Positions 1 through 12,533 of a stretch of DNA of 64,000 nt are shown in pieces. The stretch is from Camelus ferus (lineage: Eukaryota): the NCBI RefSeq assembly GCF_009834535.1, contig NC_045696.1:96598001-96662000 (forward strand). Direction: 5' to 3'. How positions within the stretch are numbered: the first letter of the stretch is position 1; each line of letters starts with the position of its first letter. The notes below the pieces were generated by a model. The model was not told where the DNA came from, searched no databases, and was given only the letters and a program-made list of their open reading frames with translations. The position numbers and the translations under genes were made by a program.

Positions 1-1719
1 TCCCCAGGCCACAAAGTCACCCAGCAACAGCAGCAACTCCCAAGGGCAAATAAACACAACTCAGCTCAGCACACATGCCCTCCTGAGAATGTGTCCTGGC
101 TCACGATGCCCAGTGTGCAAAGGCCACCTTTGTCTGATTCAAAAGCCCCAAGGAAGGAGGAAGAAGGAAAGAGGACTTGAAAGGCCAGCCTGGCAGCCTG
201 AAGAGGTCACTGATGTGGGTCAACCAGCAGGCCTGTCTGCTCTCACCCCACTTACCTTCAGCAACTGCCCAGAGGAAGATTTTTTTAAATCACTCTGATC
301 AACTTAACCGGAAGTGCAATGATGTAAAGGAAGAAACAAGAAGAAATGTCTCCATACCACAGGAGGCATCTGTCAGGGTAAGAGTGGAAGAGTTAGTTGT
401 ATTTTTTTTTTAAATAAACCAAATTCTCTCTGCAGAGAATTGCTTTTCCTGTTCTTTGTTTCAACACCTCCAAAATTAAACTGCTTCTTAAACAACCAGG
501 GCCTAGCTGTCTGGAACTCACGTGAACATGGCAAGGGTGAGGACCCTGCTTCTCCAGTGAGAGCTAGTAAGACCTGGGAATGGGGGGCAGCGGTGCTGAG
601 AGGCCAGTGCTGGAGGGAAAGAAAATTAATTCTGCTAATAAATTCCACTTGCTTGGGTGTTAAATTAAAAGTGGAAAGTATTATATTTTCTCCAATTAAA
701 AGTGAAACGCTGGGTGATTTTTTTTCCTGTTGTCACTACTGTGTTCTCTATGCTATAAAAAGGCAAAAATGGAATAAACAGAGTATGATTACATTTTTTC
801 CTCTCAAGGCCAGCTAAGGAAAGAATTTATGTAAAGTGGGCCCACGAAATTCAATGCTTTATTACTGGCTGTGTAACTGTTTTCTAACTGTGCTGAGTGT
901 GCTAATCTTAACTCCTTAACAAGACTATAAGTAGGAGTCGGGTATAATTGAAAGGGATATAGATTAGTAGCTAAGAAGGAGGGCTCTGGAGCTGTTCCAA
1001 TAAGATCAGCTCAGTGATCCTGAGCAAATTCATTTCCATGTGTCTCAGTCTCCTCAACTGTAAAATGGAGATGATGACAATAGTAGCCATCCTGCAGGAT
1101 TGTTTCAAAGTCCTTAGAACCATCCATGCCCAGCACATAGTAGACGCTCAATAAAGATCAGTTATCATCATTTTGTATTCTGCAGAGCACCGTTTCAAAA
1201 ACTGAGATTCAGCCATGTTATAGCACCTTTCAAAAACCTACAGGGATTACTCTTTGTCACTGAGGTAAAGGTCTTATCAGGCCAACTGAGGCGGTCATGC
1301 ACCTCCCCACCCTAACCCCAAGTCCCATCGCATCTCTCACTGTGCTTTAGCTGCTGCTACGATGTCTTCACCCCTACCCTCACCATACCTAGTCAACTGA
1401 AATCCTCTTCCATGAGTGTTTCGGTTATTGGCATTGCTCTCTTACTAAAAGGAGACTAAATCGGAACCATTCTCAGAGCCCAAACAGTGGCTGGTACATA
1501 ATAAATGCTCAGGAAACATTTACTGAATGTATGAATGACATCACATCTATTAATCTTCTTCAGATTTAGATTAAATTCCACCAATTCCATGCATGTAGTC
1601 TTTCTAGCTGCCCTGTACAAGATTAGACTTTCTTTCTTCCAGGCTCTAACAGTATATTTCTTGGACAGATTTTATTCACCAATATTAATTAATATTAAAC
1701 ATTAACTAATACTATTTTA

Positions 1720-1930
1720 AAAAATAATACCTAACATTTAAGCAGTGACTATGATGGGCCAGGTTCTTGGCATATATCAAACTCATTTAATCCTCATTAT
1801 CCCACCTATAAGATAGGTAGTGTTTTTAGTCCACTTGTTCAAATGAGGAAATTGAGGCACAGAGAAACGAAAGACCTTGTCCAAAGTCACACAGACGGTA
1901 AGTGGAGGGCACCGTTCTTCACCCAGTCCT
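1720..1930 (-). mobile_element. MIR SINE (other MIRs near 970-1150, 24870-25070, 26925-27120, 30540-30710, 40310-40520)
   Basis: MIR core atgaggaaattgaggcacagaga...ttgtccaaagtcacacag. Confidence 0.75.
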
Positions 1931-2449
1931 GACCGTTCTTCCTTCCCACTGTTTTTCTTACAAAGAATCATCCGATTCACAGCTGTGCAGCTCTTTCCCC
2001 TAATTCCCCTGTCAGTGGCTCAAAGTATGCAGAAAAGCAATTTAACTCAGAGCGCACAGTACACGTTAACTTGTGGTTCCCTCTGGGCCGTCATGCCCTC
2101 TCTAGGACTTCGGCTGGGCTTGCAGGGTAAGCGCCAACAGCTTGCATCAAAGTCTTGGCCTTCAGCGGGATCTCAAAGATGAGGATGCGTTGCATTGGAG
2201 GGTCACCCACTGTTTTCCGGGGGCTTCAGGACCCAAGCCGCATTTCTGGCATTTCTAGATTCTGGTGATCTCGAACTCTCCTTTTAGCCAACGCTGCCCA
2301 CAAACTCCCTTCTGGGCCTGCTAGCAAGTCAGAGGCGCTCAGTTCAAAGAGGGCATTGGCAGGTCGGATAATAAAGAGCTCACCTTCTCCCCACCCTGGG
2401 AAGCAGGACCACGAACTGGTCCAAACAAACACCCTTAACAGCCCAGCAC

Positions 2450-3800
2450 TAGGTTCTGCGCCGGCTTCAGACTCCACCCGAGCCCCTTGCCCTTCTCTCG
2501 CCCAAAGCTCCGGATCCGGACCCCGCACTCCACACTAAGAACCGCGCTGGCCCCGCCGCACGCCTCCCCCGCGCTGCTGACTCAACCAAGGGAAGAGAAA
2601 CCTCTGGGTTTTTTCCGACCGGTCTAAGGGTGCCCGCGTCCCGCCCCGCCCACCATACAAGCCCCCGCCCCGCCTAAAGTTGTCCTTCTGGTTTGCGCCC
2701 GCGGGACGCGTCGGCGTGGCTCCCCGGGGTGTGGCTAGAAGACTTCGGCTACGCCTTCCCGAAGGGCGGCCCCCTCCGCAACCCGGAAAAGCAGACCCCG
2801 CGCGGCCGCGGGGCGCCGGGCATGCTCACTGGCGCGGGCCGGGCCCGCAGCTCCGGCAGGAAGCGCCCGCGCTAGGCGGCCCCAGGCGTGCCAGCTGGAG
2901 TCGGGCGGAGCCGGCGCCCCAGCGCAGGGTGGCTCTGCCAGTCCCCGCGCGCCTGGGCGGCCGCACACGTGTCCAGGCGTCACGTCCGCGCGCGCCCCCG
3001 GGGCTTGCGTCAGCTGCCGTTCCAGGAGCAGCTGGGCCGGAGTTCTGCGCACCGCTCGGCTTCGGGGCCGCGACGCCGCCGGGAGGGCGCGGAGGGGTAT
3101 TCGGAACGCCGAGGGCCGCGGAGATCGTCAGCGCGGTCCAGCTCCCTCGCCCGCCAGCGCGGGCCGTCTCTGTTGTTTGGTCCTGGGCTGGGCGCGGTGG
3201 CGTTGACCCGGAGCCCGCCGCCCGCGGGGCGCGCACCGCCTTGACTCCGGCGTCCCCGCGGCAGGCAGGCGCCCGCAGTTCCATGGTTGGTTCGGAGCGC
3301 GATGAGCCGCCCGTCCTCCACCGGCCCCAGCGCTAACAAACCCTGCAGCAAGCAGCCGCCGCCGCAGCCCCAGCACGCTCCGTCCCCGGCTGCGCCCCCG
3401 GCCGCCGCCACCATCTCGGCTGCGGGCCCCGGCTCGTCCGCGGTGCCCGCCGCGGCGGCGGTGATCTCGGGCGCCGGCGGCGGCGGCGGGGCTGGCCCGG
3501 TGTCCCCGCAGCACCACGAGCTGACCTCGCTCTTCGAGTGCCCGGTCTGCTTTGACTATGTCCTGCCCCCAATCCTGCAGTGCCAGGCCGGGCACCTGGT
3601 GTGTAACCAATGCCGCCAGAAGTTGAGCTGCTGCCCGACGTGCAGGGGCGCCCTGACGCCCAGCATCAGGAATCTGGCTATGGAGAAGGTGGCCTCGGCA
3701 GTTCTGTTTCCCTGCAAGGTAAGCCCAGGTGCCAGCCGCGCACCTCCACCCGGCGACCATCCGGATTCCTCCAGCCCACTCGCAGGCGCTGAGAGGCAGG
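2450..3800. promoter_or_regulatory. SIAH2: CpG island / promoter of SIAH2
   Basis: Very GC- and CpG-rich tract spanning the first exon. GC boxes (CCCCGCCC) near 2640-2675, E-box CACGTG at 2966-2971, TGACTCA at 2578-2584, no obvious TATA box. Confidence 0.9.
3302..3718 (+). CDS. SIAH2: E3 ubiquitin-protein ligase SIAH2, coding exon 1 (Ala/Pro/Gly-rich N-terminus and RING domain)
   Basis: ATG at 3302 gives [18 protein letters not shown]...[39 protein letters not shown]...FPCK. 417 nt (139 codons), ending at the canonical donor AAG|GTAAGC, phase 0. Confidence 0.98.
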
Positions 3801-6800
3801 TGGCATCTCTCTTATTAAGCAAAAAATTACATTTTGTCCACCCTCCCCTATGCCCACCTGTCCACTTTGGAAGTAGCTCTGGGCTGATAGTTGCCCGAGC
3901 ACTGACCCCAGCCTAACTGGCACACGATCGCTGTTAGAACACATCACAGCTCACCCCACTTGGAGCCTGCGTACTCTGCAGGCGTGGGTGTGCTGGGTAA
4001 GGCTGGGCCGCTCAAGTAAAACTTGGACCAGGAGGCTGACTAATCTTTGGGGGATTTGGCGGGGGGGCGGGAAAGGGCGAACTAAAAGCACCTTTTACCA
4101 GCACTGGGCTTGGAAGCATTGGTACTGGGTTCCTCCTACATCCTGCGCCTCCCTTCTGCTCACCCCTGACACGTGGGAGCCCTCGGGAGTGTAGCTTAAA
4201 AAGGGGGGGGGGGGCGCCTACAGCCTATTTTTCCTCTAGCAACTAGAAAACCCTGGAAGCCACGCCTTTCCCTCCCCTAGCCTTCCATGTCCTGGGGAAT
4301 TGTGTTTTTTAACTAAGTGGGGTGGAAACAAGAGTTGATCAGGAATTTGATAGGAAGGGCAGGCAGGAGCTGTTGTTACAGTTATTTAAAGCCCATCACT
4401 TAATTTTTCATTTAGTTAAAAAAGTTATAAATGCTCTTGCAAAAAAAAATGCAAACCACTAAGGTAAGAAAAGTCAAGTTAAAAACCAAGACCACTCGCC
4501 TCCTTTACCACCAATATTAGGTTTAGCGTGCATTTTCATAGGGTTTTTTCCTAACCATATATAAATATACTCTCTGCAGCTGAATATAATTGAATATAGC
4601 TGAATATAGATGCAAGTGTCAGAAAGGTGTTTATATGCACACACATAGACACAAGTTTTTCTCCAAAAATGGTGTCCGCCACTTGCTGTAAAATTTTTAT
4701 GGCACATATTTTTCTGTGTCTGAAACCTAGCTCTGCTTCACTGTATTTTAAATGGCTGCATAGTATTGCATTGTATGGTCATATTGTAACATCTGTTTAC
4801 CTACATGTGTCATTTCAAAATCTTTAGGAGCAGTTTCAGAGACATACCTATCTCTATTACCTCATTATAACCTAGAAATTTACCATAAAATTCATTTCCT
4901 AAACTTAGAAATAATGTCATTAACACTTTTGAGCTTTTTTATAAAAGCAACTGCTCTGTCTCTTGGGCCACTTAGGCTGTCTTGTTTCTCCTTGGTGCTG
5001 CTTGCTTTTATAGGGCAAGAGCTTATTTTTAAATTAAAAATAATCCACCAGAGAACTGAAGCTTGGGACTCAAGTCAGTAAAATGAGTGATTTAATTTGG
5101 TCTGTGCCCTGCCACAAATCAGGTTTAAAATAGCATACTCAAATAAGGGTTTGAAGCTGTGTTTGGGCTGCGGGTTTCCAGTCAACCTTAATAAATTACT
5201 CTGCTTTCAGCCACTCCTCATACAAGCCTTACTAATCCACCCAGCCCAGTAGGAGTTTGTCACAAAATGCAGACAAACTATTTCCAAAATTTTCTTAGGG
5301 TCATGAAAGTGGCAGCTTAGTCATCAAGAGAAGATTTGGTGATAGTTGCCATAAGAGTGGATATTTGAGGTTTGAGATCTATTGTGGGGGCTGGGTGAGG
5401 GGGTGGGGAATGCCCCTCAGGATTTCTGGGGTGCTGTCTTCTCAGCCTTTCACTTTCCCCCAGACCTTCAGAGGCTAACAGAAGACATGACTTTAAATGA
5501 ATTACAGTTCACAAATGAGCATTTGCTATCAGTCAGCTATCCGTAATTTATTTTTAAAAAGTAGTATCATAAGCACATTGTGTGGCTCCATAGAGAAAGG
5601 GAAGTCATAACAAGCTGTATGAAATGTGAAGTTTCACTTTCAGGATTCAGAATTCTCGTTCCTGTTGAATCGTATGTTCTCTCCTAATGCGTCACATGCT
5701 AGTGAAGTCTTTCTTGAAGAGTTCTACTGGCAACCAGGGGTGCCCGGCATTTCTATACATGCCAGTGATTTTTAAAGTTCCCATTCTGTAAGACTGTAGA
5801 TGGACAAAGCCATCACTTTGCAAGCCGGAATTAAACAGGGTCAACCATCTGCCTATGGACCAGAAACGAAGCTTAGAAAGTGATCTGGAGGGCCACTTTT
5901 GTGTGTATGCCTGTCTGTGAGATTTATAAAGCTGGCGTTTGCATGCCTCAACTTTGGTTGATCAGTAATCCAGACTACTGACAGGGCAACTCAGCCAGTG
6001 AGTTTGGCTGAACCCAACCTGGATGTATACAGAGGCCCAGCAAGCAACCAAGATGGCTGAGAGCGATAGGGAGTGGTGAGGCCTATGGAGAACTTTAGCA
6101 AAATGGAGGTCTGCATAGCTAGCCCTTCAGCTCGCACTAGAAATCATAGGGACTGCCTTGTCACTGTCCCTACCTGCTGAGTCTCTCTCATGGGCTGGCT
6201 CATGTGAGAAAACCAATGCTGGGTAAAATACCAGAACCCAGGTCTCAGGAGTTGCCTGGCACTGCCATTGTTTGCCTGAGAGACCACCTCTGGGGGCCTT
6301 GATGTCCTCAACTGTCATGAAGAGATGGGACTGCTCAACTTCCAAGGACCTGTAGCTTCCAGCATTCCATGACAAGAAGGGAGGACCTGTGCATGCCAGC
6401 TTCTTTGCGTGGGTCACCTTTTATGAGTCTGCCTTTCTTTTTCTCAGGTGACAAAACACATGCCTGTAGAGAGGTTAAATGACTTAACAAAGATCACACA
6501 GTGAACCAGCCCATAAACCTGCATCCTGAAGGCACATGGGTGTACCTTTGTACTACTCACTATATAGGGATTTTGAATCTGAGGTTATACTCCAAGGCTC
6601 CACATCATAACTTGAGGTTGACACCAGTAACAGAATCACCTGACCTAGATGAGTTCACCAGATGGACACATCCCAGTGAGACAACATGCATGCTGACTAT
6701 AAAATTCATTGGCAGAAATTTTGTAGGGTTTGTGGGGTGGGAAGATCGGGCTGGGGGTTGGGGGAAAGAGCCTACAAACGTAATATTAACTTAATATTTG

Positions 6801-7485
6801 GGGAGATTTCATCACAGCTCTGAAGAGCTCATGCTTCGGTTGGCCCCAAAACGGATGTGTTGCCACATAGCTTCCTCACGGAGGTGTGGAGTCACTTAAT
6901 GAAAGGCTAGAGTCCTGCCAGCACCTTTGATAGAGGGCACCACATGCACTATTAGCTCAGGTCTCCTGTTAAAAAAAGGATCTCTGTCAGAGTGTGGCTC
7001 TTCTCCACTTGTGGTATTTTTAGTCCATCCAATGGCCTGTGCCACGCCTGAGAAGGTTTGACATCCTGTTCCCTTATCTCAAACCCACACCTCAAGGGAG
7101 CGTGGGTACAGGGGCAGAAGTGAAGGCTGACACGTTTGTGCTACCACTTAACAATGTGTTTTAATACCAGCCCAGTATTTTTCTCCACAACTGTGGGAAA
7201 TGCTAAACCACTCCAGCCTGCTTACACTATGAGACATTTTCTTTCCACTTTTTCTTTGCCCTCCTCTACAAGTTTCTAGCAGCCTTATCTCCAAATAATT
7301 ACTGAACTAGAAACTAGAAAGCCTCGGCCAGACAAGTCTTACCTACTGCTGGATTTTGACAGTGCTGTGTTCCTTTAAAAAAAAAAAAAAAAAAAAAAGG
7401 TCAAATCAGAGAACCCCATTGAAAGTTAAAAGCTCCTCAGTGTGGACTCATTTACTCCAGTGGAGGAAAACTATAAGTACCAGCA

Positions 7486-7600
7486 GGGGGGTGGGGTGGG
7501 TACAGCTGAATGGTAGAACACATGCTTAGCATTCACGAGGTCCTGGGTTCAATCCCCAGTACCTTCATTAGAAAAATTTAAAAATTAAATTTAAAAAAAG
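7486..7600 (+). mobile_element. tRNA-derived SINE (camelid Vic-1-like)
   Basis: A-box-like (agctgaatggtaga), B-box (GGTTCAATCC), A-rich tail. Homologous to four other copies in the window. Confidence 0.8.
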
Positions 7601-10162
7601 AATACATTTAAATACTGGCAGGGAAAGGTCATGTAAGGGAGGGAGGCAGCTGCATCTGACACGTGACCCTCAGGGTTCAGGTGACCTCAGGGGAAGTGGA
7701 GATGGCTGGGAGCCGGACAGCACCTGCCACCTCCAAAGAGAGCAACTTCTGCCCAGCCTTGGCTCACTGGCAGGGGTGGGAATGTGGATGCAGCCATGCC
7801 AGACCTTTGGATTTTTTCAAGAAAAGCCAGAACTCTGAATTTTTTGAATGTTAAATATCTTTGTTTGTTTGTTTGTTTTTTGACATTGGCCAAATTCAAA
7901 TTTAAAGCCAGCACTTGCAGGCCAAACCAACTGTGTCTGCAGATCAAATTCCAACTGCTAGTGTGCAGCCTCTGATCTAGATCTCTTTTAAAAAGCCTGG
8001 AAGTTCTCATTGAACTCTGAGCATATGTGAACTTTGGAACTCTGATAGCCCCCAGCTGTAGGGGATGTTCTCTTTTCATCTCTATTTTGCCGAGAGAAAA
8101 TGCCAACATTTAGGACACTAGGAGACAGGAACTGTTGTTCTAGTGACGAGACATTTGACGTATAAGTCAGTCTATTTCTTTGCACCAGAGTGTTTTTAAG
8201 AGAAAGAGTTGGATTAAATGATTTTACCAAGGATCTTTTTTTTTTTTTTTTTTTGCCCTGAAATTTTGGAAACTAGTAAGCTGTCCAAGGAAAACAGGCA
8301 CTGGGCAGGAGACAGAACTAGGTTCCTATCCTGGCTTTGTATGACCTCAGTCCAGTTACCACATCCTTGGGCCTGTTTGTTCATCAGTTGCAGAGAACAG
8401 AGATAACCCCTAGCTGGTGGGTGCTCTGAGATCGGATTACAAGTGCTGGAGAGGGCTTCTCCTTCACCAAATCAGATGGAAGATGGGTGGGATTAGAGTG
8501 GCTGCTAGTGATGGGTGATCTATCACCAAAAGTCTGAGGGGATAAGCCGATTTGCCAAAACCACTTCAAAGATCTCTTCTTAACTTTAAAACTTCCCAGA
8601 AGACAAAATCGTTTGGAAATTGTCCCTGCTGCCCTCACTGCTAGCTGAAGTTGACCAAGTTGGCTCAAAAAAGCATGTACTGGCAAGCACCGGGGTCCAC
8701 GTGCATTTCCAGTGAGGCTCAAGATTTGAAAGAACCAAACTGACAGCTTTTGAGAGGAAAATCAAGAACAGAAGCACTGGAATGCTAGGAAAGAGTACTA
8801 AAGCTGAATGCTGCTTCTACACAGAATTGGCCACAGATTTTCACAGGTCACCACTGCCTGGAACCAGAGCAGATCATTTTTAACTTTAAGTTGATCTCTA
8901 GAACAGTCGGAATGGAGGAGAACCGAGAGGGACAGCAAGTCTGGCCTACGGAGTCCCCAGCCTAGGACTGGATTAAATTTGCCCGGTTTTGAAGCTCCAC
9001 AGAAAGTGCTATATCCCTATGACTCTCGTAAGACCTTCGGTGTAAAATACCTTAAGAGCCACATTTGTACACCCAAAAAAATTTGTAAACAGTGGCATTT
9101 CCCATTCACACTCACTCCTTGAGAGGGGCACGTAGGAGGTTCGCGTTTGCCAAAGTGAACGCCAGCATTCAGGGTCCCTGGGTGTTGCCGCTGAGTCGTG
9201 GGGCGTGTGCTCACACCTGGGGCATTAGAATGTGCTTCCTCTCTGGACAGACATCCTGAGAAGGAAAACAAAGCTAAAAAGCTTTCCTGATCAAGTATGT
9301 TTTTGTATTACTGAGTGTACTTAAGGCTTAGGAGAGATACTGAAAAGTCTCTAGCAGAATTTCATCAAGTCTGCTGCAGGAGATTCCAAGGCAAGGGTGG
9401 GTCTGAAGAAAAGTTAGTGGGACATCAGGAGGCGCCAACTCTGGCCTGATGCTCCATCAGGGAGAAAAAGGAGGAAGGGAGCGTCACCAGCAGTAGGTGT
9501 TACCCTTTTGCTTTTCTTAACACTCCTGCCTGCTTTTTCTCTCTGATGGTACATTGCACCAGAGTTGGCCTATCCTGATGACCCACCAACTTTTCTTCAG
9601 ACTCATCCTTGCCTTGGAATCTCCTGCAGCTCCAAGCCCTCTTGCTGCAAACCATCAACATAGCCAGCATCGCCTTCCCTCCTATCTCGTCCTTCTAAAA
9701 CTCTAACTGTGGAGAGAGATGTGCCAGCAAATCCCTTCTGAAGCTGTAGGAGCAGAGGAGTCTGGAGGCCTCCCTAGTGGTGGTGTCAGAGCTGCATTAA
9801 GAAGGCCGAGCAGCAGCATGCCCACGGAGAAGGAAGGGATGGGAGATCCTGATGGGGTTATGTGGGTGGCCAGTGCTGGTAGAAAATGTTGTTCACCTGG
9901 TCTGAACTGGGTATATAATCTCATATTATCCTCCTAGGTGCTTTGTAAAGGAAACAGGACATGGTTAGCATTCCCCCTAAGAGATTTGCCCAAAGTTTGT
10001 AAGTCTAGGGAGCAGAATCTCCAGATGGTGTCTTTTCCATCTCAACCTCTTGCCTTTTCTGCTGCCCACTCCACCCTGCTGAGGAACAGATCCTCCTTCC
10101 CAGTCCAGGCTTACATCATGGCTTCTGGAGGGATGGCAGTGGTACCAGAAGGGGCCTCTTAC

Positions 10163-10302
10163 TAGAGCTGCCAGGTAAAATACAGGATGCTCAGTTAAAT
10201 TTGAATTTCAGATAAGTATCTTTGAGGGTGTAAGTATAACCCAAATGTTGCCTGGGATATACTGGGCTGCTTGTGTTTTCATTTGCTAAATCTGGCAACC
10301 CT
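10163..10302. mobile_element. MER53-like hAT MITE (internally deleted)
   Basis: Terminal inverted repeats tagagctgccagg / tctggcaaccct and the core gttaaatttgaatttcagata. Confidence 0.75.
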
Positions 10303-12059
10303 TCCATTTCAGTCATCTTGTGAATTAAGTTGCTTTTGTTGAGAAATGGAGTCTTGAGGGATGTAGCAGTGTTTGAAAGGTAGGCAGGGCAGTTACTGTG
10401 ATTATGTAGGTGGGAGCCTGGCACAGAACAGTAAGGGTGTATGGAAAAAGGCTGGGCAAAGCACTGCTAGCCCAGCATAAAGCCTCTGACTCTGGCTCCG
10501 ACTTTAAAGTGCTTTTGTTTGCTTGAACAGAGACTTGGAAGGGACCTGACAAAACTGGTTCTCCAAGACAATGTGGGGTTGCCTGCTAGCTCTGGCTATG
10601 GTCAGATGAGAAAGTACACTTGGTCAAAAGTCAACTTTTGTTTAACATTTCTAAGATTAAAAATAAACCCCTGCCAGCCCAAAGAGTCTTTGTAAGGCCA
10701 GATACACACATGCTCCCCTCCCCAATAGCAGGATGTTCTCAGATGACAGCGATAATATGACAAGGCCTCCACCAAAACACCTTTAGTAAGAAAGCTCTCT
10801 GTCACATGGGGCTTGTCGACTTTTCATACACAAACGAGGAATTTCTGAGCCCCAGATTTCAACTAGCATTGCCTTTTCCAGGAGAAAGTTTATGAAGTCA
10901 AATACCAATATTTTCTTAGTCTGACCACTGTGTGACAATTTAGGTAGAGAGACACTGTCTTCTCATATTATTATCTGTGAAACTCTTACTGTACTATGAG
11001 CCGCTAATTATGACTCTGCACTACCTCATAGCAGAGGTGAGGAATTTACCATTTGAGTGAAGTGAAAATCCGCAAAGGTTCTTAGAGGAAGGATGCTAGA
11101 CACAGATGCAGGTTGAATATTATAATTAAGTCACAAGAAGACACTTCACTTTCTCCTGTTGCCCAAGTCTGAATTTATCCACTGTTAATGACAGTGAAGG
11201 GCTGAGTTACAGTTTTATAGACCCACTCAGAGGTCCAGTACGTGGTTGGTAGGCTCAATCCAAGGTCACACAGGACACTGGGCACTTGAGTTCTAATCAC
11301 AGCTACTCTACCCGTGACTGTAAACACATTTTTAAACAAGAGAGACTACAGCCATCAAAATGACAACAGCATCCTTGTTTCCCCATCTATGTAAGTTTTC
11401 AGAAAAGCTCTAAACACCCCTACCCAAATAGTTCATGTAAATAAAGTATGGGAAATGCCTTTATCAAAAATCACAAAACAAACCTAGAGTGACTGAAGTC
11501 TAAAATACATGTTTTTCCTTAGATGATCTCAGGGTCTATTGAATTTTTTTTTAATCCACAGTTCCACAGTAAGACTTTTAATTAAAGTAAAATTAACATG
11601 GTGGAGAACAGCCATCCTCTGCAGATAAACCTAGTATTTATTCATGTACCAACAAATACTGGATGGGCAGGAAGCAGGCAATAAATCAGTAAGTGAATGA
11701 ACAAAGTTAATAGATCCATAAATTAATCGGAAAATAACCTATAATCATTCAGTGATATTTTGGGGATAGATTAAAAACATTTTTAGTCACAAAAGAGCTA
11801 GCTTGGATTGTTAAAAGTCGCTTTAGAAAGTGGTAAAACTTAAGTGTAACTACTAGTTTAAAATGTACATTTTTTTTAATTGAAGTATAGTTGATTTGCA
11901 ATGTTGTATTAGTTTCTGGTGTACAGCATAGTGATTCAGTGATGCATATACATATATACTTTTTCATATTCTTTTGCATTATATGTTATTACAAGATACT
12001 GAATATAGTTCCCTGTACTATGCAGTAGGACTTTGTTGTTTATCTACTACTATATATTT

Positions 12060-12216
12060 TTTAAATGTTTTATTTATTATTGTATTATTTAAATATTTTG
12101 GCGGGGGTTGGAAGGTAATTAGGTTTGTTTATTTTTAGAGGAGGTACTGAGGATTAAACCTAGGACCTCATGCATGCTAAGCATGCACTCTACCACTTGA
12201 GCTATACCCTCCCCCA
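12060..12216 (-). mobile_element. tRNA-derived SINE (Vic-1-like) nested in an L1 3' end
   Basis: Reverse complement of GGGGAGGGTATAGCTCAAGTGGTAGAGTGCATGCTTAGCATGCATGAGGTCCTAGG...; interrupts an L1 tail. Confidence 0.85.
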
Positions 12217-12507
12217 CCCTATTATTATATACGGTAGTTTGTATCTGCTAATCTCAAACTCCTAATTTATCACTGCCCACCCTTTCTCCTTTGGTAACCA
12301 TAAATTTGTTTTCTATGTCTGTGAATCTGTTTCTGTTTTGTAAATAAATTCATTTGTATCATTTTTAGCTTCCACATATAAGTGATATCATATGATATTT
12401 GTCTTTGTCTTCACTTAGTTTACTCATACTTCATAATCTATAGGTCCATCCATGTTGCAGCAAATAGCATTATTTCATTCTTTTTTATGGCCAAGTAGCA
12501 TTCCATC

Positions 12508-12533
12508 GTGTGTGTGTGTGTGTGTGTGTGTGT
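12508..12533. repeat. (TG)n microsatellite
   Basis: Perfect dinucleotide run inside an L1. Confidence 0.95.

Noticed and set aside
1681..1696. 16-bp perfect palindrome AATATTAATTAATATT
   Set aside because: Pure A/T low-complexity sequence; likely chance.
3287..3301. ORF-track start of SIAH2 at 3287 (MVRSA...)
   Set aside because: This is a TTG start chosen by the ORF caller. The ATG at 3302 gives the known N-terminus and length.
2680..3950. Many long overlapping ORFs on both strands around SIAH2 exon 1
   Set aside because: Expected from stop-codon scarcity in a GC-rich CpG island. The translations are low-complexity Arg/Ala/Gly/Pro and most start at non-ATG codons.
7655..7690. Nuclear-receptor half-site cluster as an estrogen response element
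   Set aside because: Spacing and sequence do not fit GGTCAnnnTGACC with fewer than two mismatches.
10163..10302. MER53 hairpin as a miR-1302-like precursor
   Set aside because: Most of the second arm is deleted, so the long palindrome needed for a precursor is missing.
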